Below, piece by piece: positions 30,630-40,091 of a DNA stretch of 64,000 bases. The stretch's first letter is position 1, and every line of letters starts with the position of its first letter. Both the position numbers and the translations under genes were made by a program. The stretch comes from Alphaproteobacteria bacterium (GTDB lineage Bacteria; Pseudomonadota; Alphaproteobacteria; CALKHQ01), in contig CBDDFZ010000001.1 in assembly GCA_965227515.1 (NCBI GenBank), positions 2,368,001 to 2,432,000 of the forward strand, given 5' to 3'. The notes below the pieces were generated by a model, which was not told the origin of the DNA, did not search any database, and saw nothing but the letters and a program-made list of their open reading frames with translations.

Positions 30630-31496
30630 TTATCTCAGCTCGCACAGGTCGTCATAGGTCTCCGGCCTGCGGTCGCGGAAGAACTGCCACAGGTTGCGCA
30701 CCTCGCGCACCATGTCCATGTCCATGTCGGCGACGACCAGTTCGTCCTTGTCCTCGGAGCCCTTGGCGATCAGCTGGCCGCGCGGGTTCACCACGTAGCT
30801 CGAGCCGTAGAACTTGCCGACGTTCCAGGGGGCTTCGGTGCCGACTCGGTTGACCGCGCCGATGTAGCAGCCATTGGCGACAGCGGATGCCGGCTGCTCC
30901 AGTTCCCACAGATACTGGCTGAGCCCGGCGACGGTGGCCGACGGATTGACGATGTACTCGGCACCGTTCAGCGCCAGGGCGCGCCAGCCTTCCGGGAAGT
31001 GGCGGTCGTAGCAGATGTAGACGCCCAGCCGGCAATAGGCGGTCTCGAACACCGGGTAGCCGGTGTTGCCCGGCTTGAAGAAGAACTTCTCCCAGAAGCC
31101 TGATACCTGCGGGATGTGGGTCTTGCGGTACTTGCCGAGGTAGCTGCCGTCGGCATCGATGACGGCAGCGGTGTTGTAGTAGACGCCGGTGATGTCTTCC
31201 TCGTAGATCGGCACCACCATGACCATGCTGTACTTCTTCGCATAGTCCTGCATCAGCTTGACCGTGGGGCCGTCGGGAATGCGCTCCACCGCGCCGTACC
31301 ACTTGGAATCCTGGCTGGGACAGAAATAGGGCTGGGTGAACACTTCCTGGAAGCTCAGGACCTGCACGCCCTGCTCGCCGGCCTGGTCGATCAGCGGCAG
31401 GTGCGCTTCCAGCATCTTCTCGCGGATTTCCGCGGGCGTCATCGACGTGTCGCCCTTCAGCGACATCTGGATCAGCCCAGCCTTCACATTTGCCAT
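30630..31496 (-). CDS. Nitrilase-family beta-ureidopropionase-like amidohydrolase
   Basis: FQE, YRKTHIP, ICYDRHFPE, LWELEQPA, WQFFRDRRPETY. Confidence 0.85.
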   Translation of the reverse strand: MANVKAGLIQMSLKGDTSMTPAEIREKMLEAHLPLIDQAGEQGVQVLSFQEVFTQPYFCPSQDSKWYGAVERIPDGPTVKLMQDYAKKYSMVMVVPIYEEDITGVYYNTAAVIDADGSYLGKYRKTHIPQVSGFWEKFFFKPGNTGYPVFETAYCRLGVYICYDRHFPEGWRALALNGAEYIVNPSATVAGLSQYLWELEQPASAVANGCYIGAVNRVGTEAPWNVGKFYGSSYVVNPRGQLIAKGSEDKDELVVADMDMDMVREVRNLWQFFRDRRPETYDDLCELR

Positions 31497-31569
31497 GGTG
31501 CCTCTCGTCTCGTCGGTTCGATCGCTGCGGGGCAGCGGTCAGCGCACCGCCACCCCGGTTCCAGCGAAA

Positions 31570-32589
31570 CTACTCCGCAGTGGCCGCGTCGTAGATGTCG
31601 TGGGTGTAGGCACCCTCCGGCCGCGCGGTGATGACCGGAGCCTCGCCGCCGCCAAGCAGCAGGACGTCGACCGACCGCTCGAACGCCTCGGGGTCGAGGT
31701 AGCCGACCGGCGCCTCGTCGGCGTTGATCAGCAGCGCCACCTGTTCCATGGCGTAGATCTGCTTCTCCATCGACTGGCTGAGCCCGGTCTCGTCATTGGC
31801 GATCACGGCATCGACCGCACCCTCGGGATCGCCCGCGGCATCGGCCCAGCCGCGGATGCTGGCGCGCACGAAGCGGGTCAGCTTGTCCACCGTCTCCGCG
31901 TCCTCCAGGCTGCCTTCCAGCACGTAGAGGCCGTCCTCCAGCACCGAGGCGTTGTAGTCCTCGTACTGGAACACGTTCAGGTCCTCCGGCGCGAAGCCGG
32001 CATCCAGGATCTGGTAGTACTCGTTGTAGGTCATGGTGGTGATGCAATCGACCTCGCCGTTCAGCAGCGGATCGACGTTGAAGCCCACCCGGATCACCTC
32101 GACGTTGGCATCGTCGCCCTGGTAGCTGAGCCCCAGGTTGTTGATGAAGGCGAAGGTCGGGTACTCGTTGCCGAAGAACCAAGTGCCGATCTTGTGGCCG
32201 GCCATGTCCTCGGGCGCCGCGATGCCGGTGGACGCCGGGCAGGTCAGCCCCAGGCCGGACCGGTTGTAGAACTGGGCGATGTTGACGATGGGCGTGCCCG
32301 CCTCGCGGGTGGCCAGCGGGTTGCCCAGCCACTCCACCGTGGCGTCCGCGCCGCCGCCGATCAGCACCTGGATCGGGTTGATGTCGGGTCCGCCCGGGTT
32401 GATGGTGACGTCCAGGCCCTCTTCCTCGTAGTAGCCGTTCTCCAGCGCGTAGTAGTAGCCGGCGAACTGCGCCTGGGTGACCCATTTGAGCTGCAGGGTG
32501 AATTCGTCCAGTTCCTGCGCCTGGGCCGACGTGGCCAGGGCGATGGCCGTAACGGCGGCCGCGCCACCGAGCAATGCAAGTCTCGTCAT
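31570..32589 (-). CDS. NMT1/THI5-like ABC substrate-binding protein (likely pyrimidine)
   Basis: Signal peptide; LQLKWVTQAQFAGYY, GGPDI, WFFGNEY, MTYNEY, LEDGLYV. Confidence 0.88.
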   Translation of the reverse strand: MTRLALLGGAAAVTAIALATSAQAQELDEFTLQLKWVTQAQFAGYYYALENGYYEEEGLDVTINPGGPDINPIQVLIGGGADATVEWLGNPLATREAGTPIVNIAQFYNRSGLGLTCPASTGIAAPEDMAGHKIGTWFFGNEYPTFAFINNLGLSYQGDDANVEVIRVGFNVDPLLNGEVDCITTMTYNEYYQILDAGFAPEDLNVFQYEDYNASVLEDGLYVLEGSLEDAETVDKLTRFVRASIRGWADAAGDPEGAVDAVIANDETGLSQSMEKQIYAMEQVALLINADEAPVGYLDPEAFERSVDVLLLGGGEAPVITARPEGAYTHDIYDAATAE

Positions 32590-32623
32590 GATCGTTCTCC
32601 CCCGATCCGTGTGCGGGTTGTTT

Positions 32624-32639
32624 TGCAGGCAGCGTGCCA
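32624..32639 (-). promoter_or_regulatory. Sigma54 -24/-12 promoter
   Basis: Minus strand TGGCACGCTGCCTGCA (GG-N10-GC), about 35 nt upstream of the SBP ATG. Confidence 0.65.
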
Positions 32640-32756
32640 GATAGAGGACAACGGTCCGTCTGGCACTCCCGCGAACCCCGTTGCCGCCTGTCTTATGACA
32701 ATTCGGCGAAGCTTGGAAGCGGGGCGGTCAGGAGTCGTCACCCGCGCCGGAACGGT

Positions 32757-33038
32757 CTATCGCCAAGGCTGCCTTTGTCTGCCGTGCACAATGGTGAGAA
32801 CGCGCACCGTGTCGGCTTGGATCCGATAAATGGCGATGTAGGGCAGGCCAGCGATTACTAGCTCACGGGTGCCGGCTTGACGACCCGGGCGCCCGAGATT
32901 GGGAAATGACGCCAATGTGCGTAGACGTTGGAGTATCTCCTCGATCACTCCGTCGGCCGCCTTTGGGTTGTATTCGGCGATGTAGGTGTGGATATGGGAG
33001 AGCCTGCTCTGGGCCCTGGCAGTAACCCTAACCTTCAA
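32757..33038 (-). CDS. RelE/ParE family toxin
   Basis: VRVTARAQSRL..I..YIA..NPKAA, FPNLGRPG, GTRELVI, PYIAIYRI, LTIVHGRQ. Confidence 0.88.
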   Translation of the reverse strand: MKVRVTARAQSRLSHIHTYIAEYNPKAADGVIEEILQRLRTLASFPNLGRPGRQAGTRELVIAGLPYIAIYRIQADTVRVLTIVHGRQRQPWR

Positions 33039-33216
33039 GTTTAAATTTCTTCAGCAATTCATCGACGCTGACATCGTCATCCGGGTTGGCATCGGCGTCG
33101 GCGATTGCGGCCCGGACCTCTGCGTCGCGCCATGCCAGGTAAGCCGGGTCCGTTGATTCCGGTTGATCCTCGGTTAGTTCCGCCAGTGTCAAACGCTTCT
33201 GCTTAGTATCGGCCAT
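33028..33216 (-). CDS. Putative antitoxin (62 aa, acidic)
   Basis: Directly upstream of and overlapping the toxin; YLAWRDAEVRAAIADAD motif typical of such antitoxins. Confidence 0.75.
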   Translation of the reverse strand: MADTKQKRLTLAELTEDQPESTDPAYLAWRDAEVRAAIADADANPDDDVSVDELLKKFKLEG

Positions 33217-33259
33217 GGGAAGGAAGATAACAGGACGCGGGCCGTTTTCAACCGATGGA

Positions 33260-34414
33260 CTAGGGTCGCCGCATCGCCGGGTGCCAGAAGGTGAAGACCC
33301 GTTCCAGCAACGCCCACAGTCCGTAGAAGCACGAGCCGACGAGGGCGGCCATGGCGATGGTCGCCCAGACCATGTCGAGCTCCAGCCGGCCGATCCGCTC
33401 GATGATGCGAAAGCCCATGCCGCCCAGCGGCGAGCCGAAGAACTCGGCGACGATGGCGCCGATCATCGACAGGGTGGCGTTGATCTTCAGCGCGTTGAAG
33501 ATGAACGGCAGGGCGGTCGGCAGGCGCAGCTTCACCAGCCGCACCGCGTAGCTGGCGCCATAGGAGCGCATCAGGTCGTACTGCATGCGGTCGACGCTGT
33601 TCAGCCCGCTGATGGTGTTCACCAGCATCGGGAAGAAGGTCATCAGCACGACGACGGCGATTTTCGATTCCGGTCCGCTCTCGAACCACACGATCATGAT
33701 CGGCGCCACGCCGACGATGGGGATGGCGGCAAACGCGTTGCCCAGCGGCAGCAGGCCGCGCGCCAGGAACGGCACCGCGTCCACCGCCAGCGCGAACAGG
33801 AAGCCGGCGAGCGTGCCGATCAGGAAGCCGGGCAGCACCTCCTCAAGGAACGTGATGCCGAGGTCGCTGAAAAGAACGTCCGGGTTGGCCGCGATCTCGC
33901 TGCCGACCGACGATGGCGGCGGCAGCAGGGCGGCCGGCACGTTCAGGCCGACCACGATGACTTCCCAGGACCAGAGGAGGGCGACGCCGAAGAGCCCGGC
34001 GACGACGCCATAGCGGACCCAACGCGGATGGCGCGGCTGCGCCAGCAGGGCGAGCGCGCGCCAGGCGAGGATGGTGATGGACGCGACGAAGGCGGCGAGG
34101 CCCGCTCCGCCGGTGGCCTCGGGCGCATCGTGCAACAGCACCATGGCGCCGGCGCCGGCGCATATCAGCAGCGCCAGCGGCACCCAGGCGAGGTCGGGCA
34201 CCGTCGGCGGGCCTGCCTCCAGCCGGCGCCCGAGCCCGATCAGCACCACGAAGCCAATCGCCAGGCCGTCGGCGAACACGAACGCGGTCGTATTGTCGAA
34301 CCAGGTGATGCCGGCGCCGGTCTCCGCATCGTAGAGCACCGACACCGCGAACGCCGCCAATGCCAGCACGAGGCCGAGGATGTCCACGCCCAGCAGGAAC
34401 GGCCGCGCGGTCAC
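33260..34414 (-). CDS. ABC permease
   Basis: LLPPPS, IPIVGVAP, TFFP, LRLPTALP, GAIVAEFFG; GTG start overlaps the upstream stop. Confidence 0.88.
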   Translation of the reverse strand: MTARPFLLGVDILGLVLALAAFAVSVLYDAETGAGITWFDNTTAFVFADGLAIGFVVLIGLGRRLEAGPPTVPDLAWVPLALLICAGAGAMVLLHDAPEATGGAGLAAFVASITILAWRALALLAQPRHPRWVRYGVVAGLFGVALLWSWEVIVVGLNVPAALLPPPSSVGSEIAANPDVLFSDLGITFLEEVLPGFLIGTLAGFLFALAVDAVPFLARGLLPLGNAFAAIPIVGVAPIMIVWFESGPESKIAVVVLMTFFPMLVNTISGLNSVDRMQYDLMRSYGASYAVRLVKLRLPTALPFIFNALKINATLSMIGAIVAEFFGSPLGGMGFRIIERIGRLELDMVWATIAMAALVGSCFYGLWALLERVFTFWHPAMRRP

Positions 34415-35352
34415 CGCGCCTGCGCCCCGGAGGCGCCACCGCGCTTCACGACCAGCCGCTCGGCCCAGCCGACCGCGGCGACCAGCACGATGGCCAGCAC
34501 CGACGAGGTGATCAGCACCGTCCACATGTGCACCATCAGGCCGTTGTAGGACGCGGTGAGCAGCCGGCCGCCGAGGCCGACCTGGCCGCCGGTGGAGAGC
34601 TCCGCCACCATGGTGCCGACCAGCCCGAGCGCGATCGCGATCTTCAGGCTGGTGAACAGGAACGGCACCGAGGCCGGGAACCTGAGCTTCCACAGCACCT
34701 GCGCACCGGTCGCGCTGTAGGTGCGCATAAGGTCCAGGTTCATGTGGTCGGGCGCGCGCAGCCCCTTCACCATGCCGACCGTGACCGGGAAGAAGCACAG
34801 GTACATGGCGATGATCGCCTTCGGAAACAGCCCGGTCAGGCCCATCGCCCCCAGCACCGTGATCAGCATCGGGGCGATGGCCAGGATCGGGATGGTCTGG
34901 GACGCGATCAGCCACGGCATCAGGCTGACGTCGAGCGTGCGCAGGCTGACGATGCCGACCGCGAGCGCTATGCCCAGGACCGCGCCCATGGCAAAGCCGA
35001 TCAGGGTCGCGGTGAAGGTCATGAACACGTGAAACAGCAGATTGCGCGGGTGGCTGACCTCGGCCACCGTGATCGCTTCGGCGAAGTCCGCGACGATGCG
35101 GTCGGGCACCGGCACGCTGGGCCGCCGCATGGTCCAGCTCGCCGCCATCCATTCGTCGGAGGTGACCGCATGGTCGGGGTTGCGCCGCGCCTCGAACGCT
35201 TCGAGCTGGGCGCCGTTCACGGGAAGTGCCACCAGGTACCAGAGCGCGATCAGGCCGGCGACCACGACCAGGGCGGGGCCGAAGCGCTGCCACAGCGCGG
35301 CGGCAAGGCCGTCGTGCGCCCCGGCTCCTGAGACGGCGGCGTCAGTCGTCAT
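34411..35352 (-). CDS. ABC permease
   Basis: SQTIPILAIAP, CFFP, DLMRTYSA, KLRFPASVP. Confidence 0.88.
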   Translation of the reverse strand: MTTDAAVSGAGAHDGLAAALWQRFGPALVVVAGLIALWYLVALPVNGAQLEAFEARRNPDHAVTSDEWMAASWTMRRPSVPVPDRIVADFAEAITVAEVSHPRNLLFHVFMTFTATLIGFAMGAVLGIALAVGIVSLRTLDVSLMPWLIASQTIPILAIAPMLITVLGAMGLTGLFPKAIIAMYLCFFPVTVGMVKGLRAPDHMNLDLMRTYSATGAQVLWKLRFPASVPFLFTSLKIAIALGLVGTMVAELSTGGQVGLGGRLLTASYNGLMVHMWTVLITSSVLAIVLVAAVGWAERLVVKRGGASGAQAR

Positions 35353-36136
35353 ATGAGTGGCTCTCGTGCAGCGCCTTGCGCACCCGTGCTGCCACTTCAA
35401 GGAACCGCGGGTCGTCGCGGATCGTCAGGTCGCGCTCGGCCGGCAGGTCGCAGTCGATCTCGGCGACGATGCGGCCGGGGCGCCGGCTCATCACCACGAT
35501 CCTGGTCGAGAGGTAGACCGCCTCGGAGATCGAGTGGGTCACGAAGACCACGGTCTTTTTCGTCGCCGCCCAGATGCGCAGCAGCTCGTCGTTCAGATGA
35601 TCGCGGGTGATCTCGTCCAAAGCGCCGAATGGCTCGTCCATCAGCAGCACGTCCGGCTCGAACGACAGCGCGCGGGCGATCGAGACCCGCTGCTGCATGC
35701 CGCCGGAAAGCTGCCACGGGTACTTGTCGGCGAAACCGTCCAGCCCGACCTTGGCCAGGTACTCCCGCGCCCGCGCGCGACGCTCGCCGCCGGCCCTGCC
35801 CATCACTTCCAGCGGCAGCATCACGTTGCGCGCCACCGTGCGCCAGGGTTGCAGCGTCGGCGCCTGGAAGACGTAGCCATAGGCGCGGTTCAGCCTTGCC
35901 TGGTGCGGCGTCTGCCCGAACAGCAGTGCTGCGCCGCCAGTCGGCTGCTCAAGGTCGGCGATTACCCGCAACAGTGTGGTCTTGCCGCAGCCCGACGGGC
36001 CGATCAGCGAGACGAAGCTGCCGCGTGGGATGGTGAGGTTGATGTCCGACAACGCGTGCACTGCCTGGTCGCCGGCATCGAACACCAGCGACAGGCCGCG
36101 GGCCGTGATGGCCTCGCTCGGCAACGTGTCGGTCAC
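35342..36136 (-). CDS. ABC ATPase (TauB/SsuB-like)
   Basis: GPSGCGKTT, LSGGMQQR, MDEPFGALD, VTHS. Confidence 0.92.
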   Translation of the reverse strand: MTDTLPSEAITARGLSLVFDAGDQAVHALSDINLTIPRGSFVSLIGPSGCGKTTLLRVIADLEQPTGGAALLFGQTPHQARLNRAYGYVFQAPTLQPWRTVARNVMLPLEVMGRAGGERRARAREYLAKVGLDGFADKYPWQLSGGMQQRVSIARALSFEPDVLLMDEPFGALDEITRDHLNDELLRIWAATKKTVVFVTHSISEAVYLSTRIVVMSRRPGRIVAEIDCDLPAERDLTIRDDPRFLEVAARVRKALHESHSYDD

Positions 36137-36157
36137 GCTTCGATCACTTTCAGGGGG

Positions 36158-36343
36158 TCAGTGCCCCGCCGACGCAGCCTTGTCGCCATTGGCGCTCAGC
36201 ACGAACCGGCGGCCGCAATAGGGGCAGTCGATCGCCGTCTTGGCGCCCATCTCCAGATAGACAAGCGGGTGGCCCAGCGGCCCGTTGCCGCCGTCGCAAC
36301 TGACGTGCGGCGTGTCGACGGAAACGATTTCAGGCGGTTCCAT
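36158..36343 (-). CDS. zf-CHCC zinc-finger protein (NDUFS6-like)
   Basis: CDGG..LGHPLVY...CPYC. Confidence 0.88.
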   Translation of the reverse strand: MEPPEIVSVDTPHVSCDGGNGPLGHPLVYLEMGAKTAIDCPYCGRRFVLSANGDKAASAGH

Positions 36344-36629
36344 GATGGCGGATCATCGCTCTTTCGGTGCGGGCGCCGGCCAGGCCGGAGAGCCCGAAGG
36401 CTTGGACTTTGGATCGGCCATGCATAGTCAGAACCGGCGCCGGTTGGCAAGCGTGCGATCCACGCCCGGGGCCCCGGAATGTCGACAGCCTACCCGCGCC
36501 CTGTCATAACTTGTGGCGCGCGTGGCCCAAGCGGCCGCGATCCGCGCAATCCGGCCCGGCGATCCATGCCGACGTTCCATGTGGGCGTTCCATGCGGGCG
36601 TAGCGGGCCGTCCCAGGGGGAGGGTATTC

Positions 36630-37067
36630 ATGATTGCGAAGCATTGGATGGGCGCGGCGGCCGGTCTGTTGGCCGCGATCGGCGGTTTGACCACAGCCGC
36701 CACAGCCGACGACGCCAGGGTCGTCGTTCCGGCGGGCGACCGCGAGTGGATTTCGCTCGGCGACGGGCCGGTGCAGTTCTCCCCGGTTTGGGGGGATATG
36801 CAGGGTGCCGAGCATGCTTTCATGGTGCGTGTTCCTGCGGGCGCGGAACTCGGGGCACATATCCACAGCGCCGACTATCATGGCGTCGTGCTGCAGGGGC
36901 TCTGGGTCCATACCTTCGGTGACGGCACCGTGGCCAATCTGCCAGCCGGGTCCTACATCATGCAGCCGGCGGGCGAGGTGCATCAGAACAGCTGCGCCGG
37001 TACCGAGGAATGCATGGTGCTGCTCCATCAGCACGCGCCCTGGGACTTCGGCCCACCGCCGGAGTAG
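36630..37067 (+). CDS. Secreted cupin-domain protein (DUF4437-like)
   Basis: Signal peptide; HIHSADYHGVVLQG, LPAGSY..QPAGEVH..C....C. Confidence 0.8.
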   Translation: MIAKHWMGAAAGLLAAIGGLTTAATADDARVVVPAGDREWISLGDGPVQFSPVWGDMQGAEHAFMVRVPAGAELGAHIHSADYHGVVLQGLWVHTFGDGTVANLPAGSYIMQPAGEVHQNSCAGTEECMVLLHQHAPWDFGPPPE

Positions 37068-37089
37068 GGACGGCGAGACATCAATCTCC

Positions 37090-37122
37090 GTCGTCGCCCT
37101 CGCGCTTGTCGCGAGGGCCCAT
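37090..37122. repeat. GTC-type single REP hairpin
   Basis: GTCGTCGCCCTCGCGCTTGTCGCGAGGGCCCAT; related copy at 56896. Confidence 0.65.
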
Positions 37123-37141
37123 TTGCGGGGCACACCGGCGC

Positions 37142-37197
37142 GTAGCCTGGGTGAAGTGCAGCGAAACCCGGGTTCCACTTCGTTCCATCCAGGCTAC
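37142..37197. repeat. GTAG-type REP doublet, collapsed copy 2
   Basis: GTAGCCTGGGTGAAG...AACCCGGGTT...CATCCAGGCTAC; the two units share the central CCCGGG. Confidence 0.8.
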
Positions 37198-37220
37198 AAA
37201 CTTGGAACGATACGCTCGGC

Positions 37221-38873
37221 CTACGCGACTGCGCGCGGGGTCTCCGGCGTGCGGCGCAGGGAATGGCCAGGCATGTAGTCGGGGGCCGGCGCGCCCATCA
37301 GGTCCAGGATCGTCGGCGTCAGGTCCAACACGTGTCCGCTCGGCTCGAAACTGTCCGCATCGATGCCGGGGCCGGCCGCGATCATGAAGCCTTGCGGCAC
37401 ATGGCCGCCAGAGCGCGAGAACGGGATCGGCCCCATCCGCCCGCACGTCGGGCTGTCCACGATGTCGGCCGGGAAGGGGCGCCAGTTCACCACGATGTCG
37501 GCGTCCGGCCGCAGCGGGTCGGTATCGTCCGGACCGCTGCGCATCCGGGTGATCCGCGCCACGATCGGCTCGCCGGTGCGCGCGTCGCGCAGCCCGTTGA
37601 GCAGGTCCTCGATCTCGTCGCAGGTCTTGTCGTAGTCGGCGCGGGCGACGATGCCGTTCGGCTCGCGCCCTTCCAGGTTCAGGCGGACATAGCCGTCGGA
37701 ATATGACGGCAGGGCGAATGCCTTCATCTTCGGCCAATGGTCGGAGTACCACATCGCCGGCTGGAACCACGGGTGGTAGTTCTTCAGGTAGCCGAAACCC
37801 TCCGGCGCGCCGAGCAGCTTCTCCATCAGGTTGCCGACTTCGACCGGCAGGCGACGGCGCAGCCACGCCCGCAACTTGTTGCGGTCGTGCTTCAGGCTAT
37901 AGACCTTGCGCGCCCAGCCGAAGCTCCACGGATGCGTGATCGGCCGCGCCGGCGGGCGGTTGTCGCCCGGAGGCCCACCCTGCAGCGCCTGCTGGCCCGG
38001 CATGCTCCAGCGATAGAGCAACTCGGGCAGGAAGATCGTGCTGGGGCCGTCCAGGTTGTTCGGCACCATCCCTTCCTGGCTGAAGACGACGTAGGTGGCA
38101 TCTTCCGGCGCGGCGGCGATCATCTCGCCGATCGCCTTGTCGACCGCCTGGGCCACTTCGGCCATCGGCTCGCGGCCACCCATCGACTTGCCGAACGGCT
38201 GGTTCAGCGGATGGTCCTCGCGCGTCAGGTGCAGCAGGTAGTGGCCGCCGGAGTGGAACTCGGAGAAGATGACGAGGAACAGGTCCCAGTCCTGTTCGCC
38301 GATCAGGTCGGCGCAGATCGCGCCGCGCCGCTTGGCCCCGGTGGTCAGCCAGTCCGTCAGCTTGGTCATCGACCCGCCGCGCCACAGCCGCGCCTTGTCG
38401 CGGTCGAACGCCGGGTGCGGGCCGTGCTTCTCGGTCAGCTTCGCCAGCAATTCCGGCGGCGAGGAGCGTTGCGGCGTGTAGGCGGAATGCGCGCCATAGG
38501 CCTGGATCTGGATGCCGTTGACCTTGTCCGACAGGCCGGAGTGCGGAATGTCCACCGCCGCCACCTTGAAGTCGGGCCCCAGGGCGTAGAACGGCGGATA
38601 GGCGTCGTAGGGATAGCCGCCGACCTCGTCGACGCGGTAGCTGCCATCGGCGAGGCGCAATTGCGACCAGAAGCCGCTTTGCTCGGGCGGCACGCCGGTC
38701 AGGAACGTCGTCCAGCCGGCCTCCGCGACGCCGAACGACACATTGACCAGGTCGCTGCTCGCGCCGCGCGCCTTCAGCGCGGCCAGATTGGGCATCAGAC
38801 CCTGGTCGAGCCAGCGGGCACATAATTCTCGGTCTGCGGAATCGAGACCGATCGCGATCACCGGGGCTGCCAC
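37221..38873 (-). CDS. Alkaline phosphatase/nucleotide pyrophosphatase superfamily protein
   Basis: IAIGLDSAD, WTTFLTG, VRLNLEGREPNG, GGHVPQG, LDLTPTIL; probable GTG start 38873. Confidence 0.82.
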   Translation of the reverse strand: MAAPVIAIGLDSADRELCARWLDQGLMPNLAALKARGASSDLVNVSFGVAEAGWTTFLTGVPPEQSGFWSQLRLADGSYRVDEVGGYPYDAYPPFYALGPDFKVAAVDIPHSGLSDKVNGIQIQAYGAHSAYTPQRSSPPELLAKLTEKHGPHPAFDRDKARLWRGGSMTKLTDWLTTGAKRRGAICADLIGEQDWDLFLVIFSEFHSGGHYLLHLTREDHPLNQPFGKSMGGREPMAEVAQAVDKAIGEMIAAAPEDATYVVFSQEGMVPNNLDGPSTIFLPELLYRWSMPGQQALQGGPPGDNRPPARPITHPWSFGWARKVYSLKHDRNKLRAWLRRRLPVEVGNLMEKLLGAPEGFGYLKNYHPWFQPAMWYSDHWPKMKAFALPSYSDGYVRLNLEGREPNGIVARADYDKTCDEIEDLLNGLRDARTGEPIVARITRMRSGPDDTDPLRPDADIVVNWRPFPADIVDSPTCGRMGPIPFSRSGGHVPQGFMIAAGPGIDADSFEPSGHVLDLTPTILDLMGAPAPDYMPGHSLRRTPETPRAVA

Positions 38874-38911
38874 GATGTTCCTGCCTTTCCGTACCTGGCC
38901 GAACGCGGAGC

Positions 38912-39976
38912 CTACTCCGCGGCAAACAGCGGGTAGTGCACCTGCGAGTCGGCGGGTGAAAGCGCCTCTTCGGCGGCTTGCCAGCCGTCGGGCGGGTCGC
39001 GCCGGGCCTTCAGGGCGGCGCGCGCCCGTGACCAGCCGAACACATAACCCGCGCCCATGGTGCGGACATATCGCCACGCCACGGCAAAGGCGCCGGCAAA
39101 CTGGCGTGCGTCGGGCCTCTCGTGGTCGTCGACCTTCACGATGCGGCCGCGGGCGCCGAAGCCGATGCGCCGCGCCTTGTTGGCGACACGGCAGACGTGG
39201 GCCGGGTGCAGCGCGAACGCCAGGTCGAGCAGCGGCAGGGCCGCGATGCGCCACCAGGCGTAGTTCTTCAAGACGAAGTAGATGCGGCTCTGGCCCGGCA
39301 CCTTGGTTTCGATCCGCCGCTCCAGTCCGGAGAAATAGTGGATCAGCGGCGCCTTGCCGACGACCGCGAGGCGCTTGCCCGAGGCGCGCAGGCGATAGGC
39401 GAAGTCGGTGTCTTCCCAGCCGCGCACATAATTGGTGTCGAAACCGCCGAGATCGGCGAATTCCTTGCGGCGCACGAACATGTTGGAGCCGGTGAGGGTG
39501 GTGGCCGGCGCCTGCTCGTAGGACGGCAGGTCGAGCATGTAGGTGCCCATCACCATGCCGTTGGCGAACAGCGCCATCCGCTTGACGCCCAGGGTCTCGC
39601 CCGCCTCGTCGATCACCGCCTCGCCGCCCAGGCCGCCCAGGTTGGCATCGGCCTCCATTTCGGCCACCAACCGGTCAATGGCGTCGGGATCGGTCACTTC
39701 GGCATCGTCATCGATGAACCAAAGATAATGACCCGAACTCATTCGGGCGCCTATATTGCGACCGCCGCCGCAACCGTGATTCTTTGGGGAGCGAAACAAC
39801 CGAACGTCCGAGAACTCGGACTCGACCATGTCGGCGCTGCCGTCGACACTGCCATTGTCGATGACGATCGTCTCTACATCAGGGTATGTTTGGCGCGCGA
39901 CAGACGTCAGGCACCGGCGCAGGTCCTCGCGCCGGTTCATGGTAACGACAATAACTGACACGCATGGGCGGGACAT
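38912..39976 (-). CDS. Glycosyltransferase family 2
   Basis: VSVIVVTMNR, IDNGSVD, GGRNIG, FIDDD, GGFD, EDTD. Confidence 0.9.
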   Translation of the reverse strand: MSRPCVSVIVVTMNRREDLRRCLTSVARQTYPDVETIVIDNGSVDGSADMVESEFSDVRLFRSPKNHGCGGGRNIGARMSSGHYLWFIDDDAEVTDPDAIDRLVAEMEADANLGGLGGEAVIDEAGETLGVKRMALFANGMVMGTYMLDLPSYEQAPATTLTGSNMFVRRKEFADLGGFDTNYVRGWEDTDFAYRLRASGKRLAVVGKAPLIHYFSGLERRIETKVPGQSRIYFVLKNYAWWRIAALPLLDLAFALHPAHVCRVANKARRIGFGARGRIVKVDDHERPDARQFAGAFAVAWRYVRTMGAGYVFGWSRARAALKARRDPPDGWQAAEEALSPADSQVHYPLFAAE

Positions 39977-40091
39977 GCTTAACCCTTGCTTTAGCCTATT
40001 CCCATCAGATGCAGGCACGGCAAAGTCGGTCACATAGGATGTCCATGGTCACACCCAATATGGCGTCTAAACTGCGCGTAACCAAGCGGTA

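Noticed and set aside
33260-35293. 677-aa ORF suggesting a fused permease
   Set aside because: The N-terminal half is an off-frame reading of the upstream permease; the real start is GTG 34414
37221-39254. 677-aa extended AlkP-family ORF
   Set aside because: The extension overlaps GT2 off-frame; the recognisable domain begins near 38873
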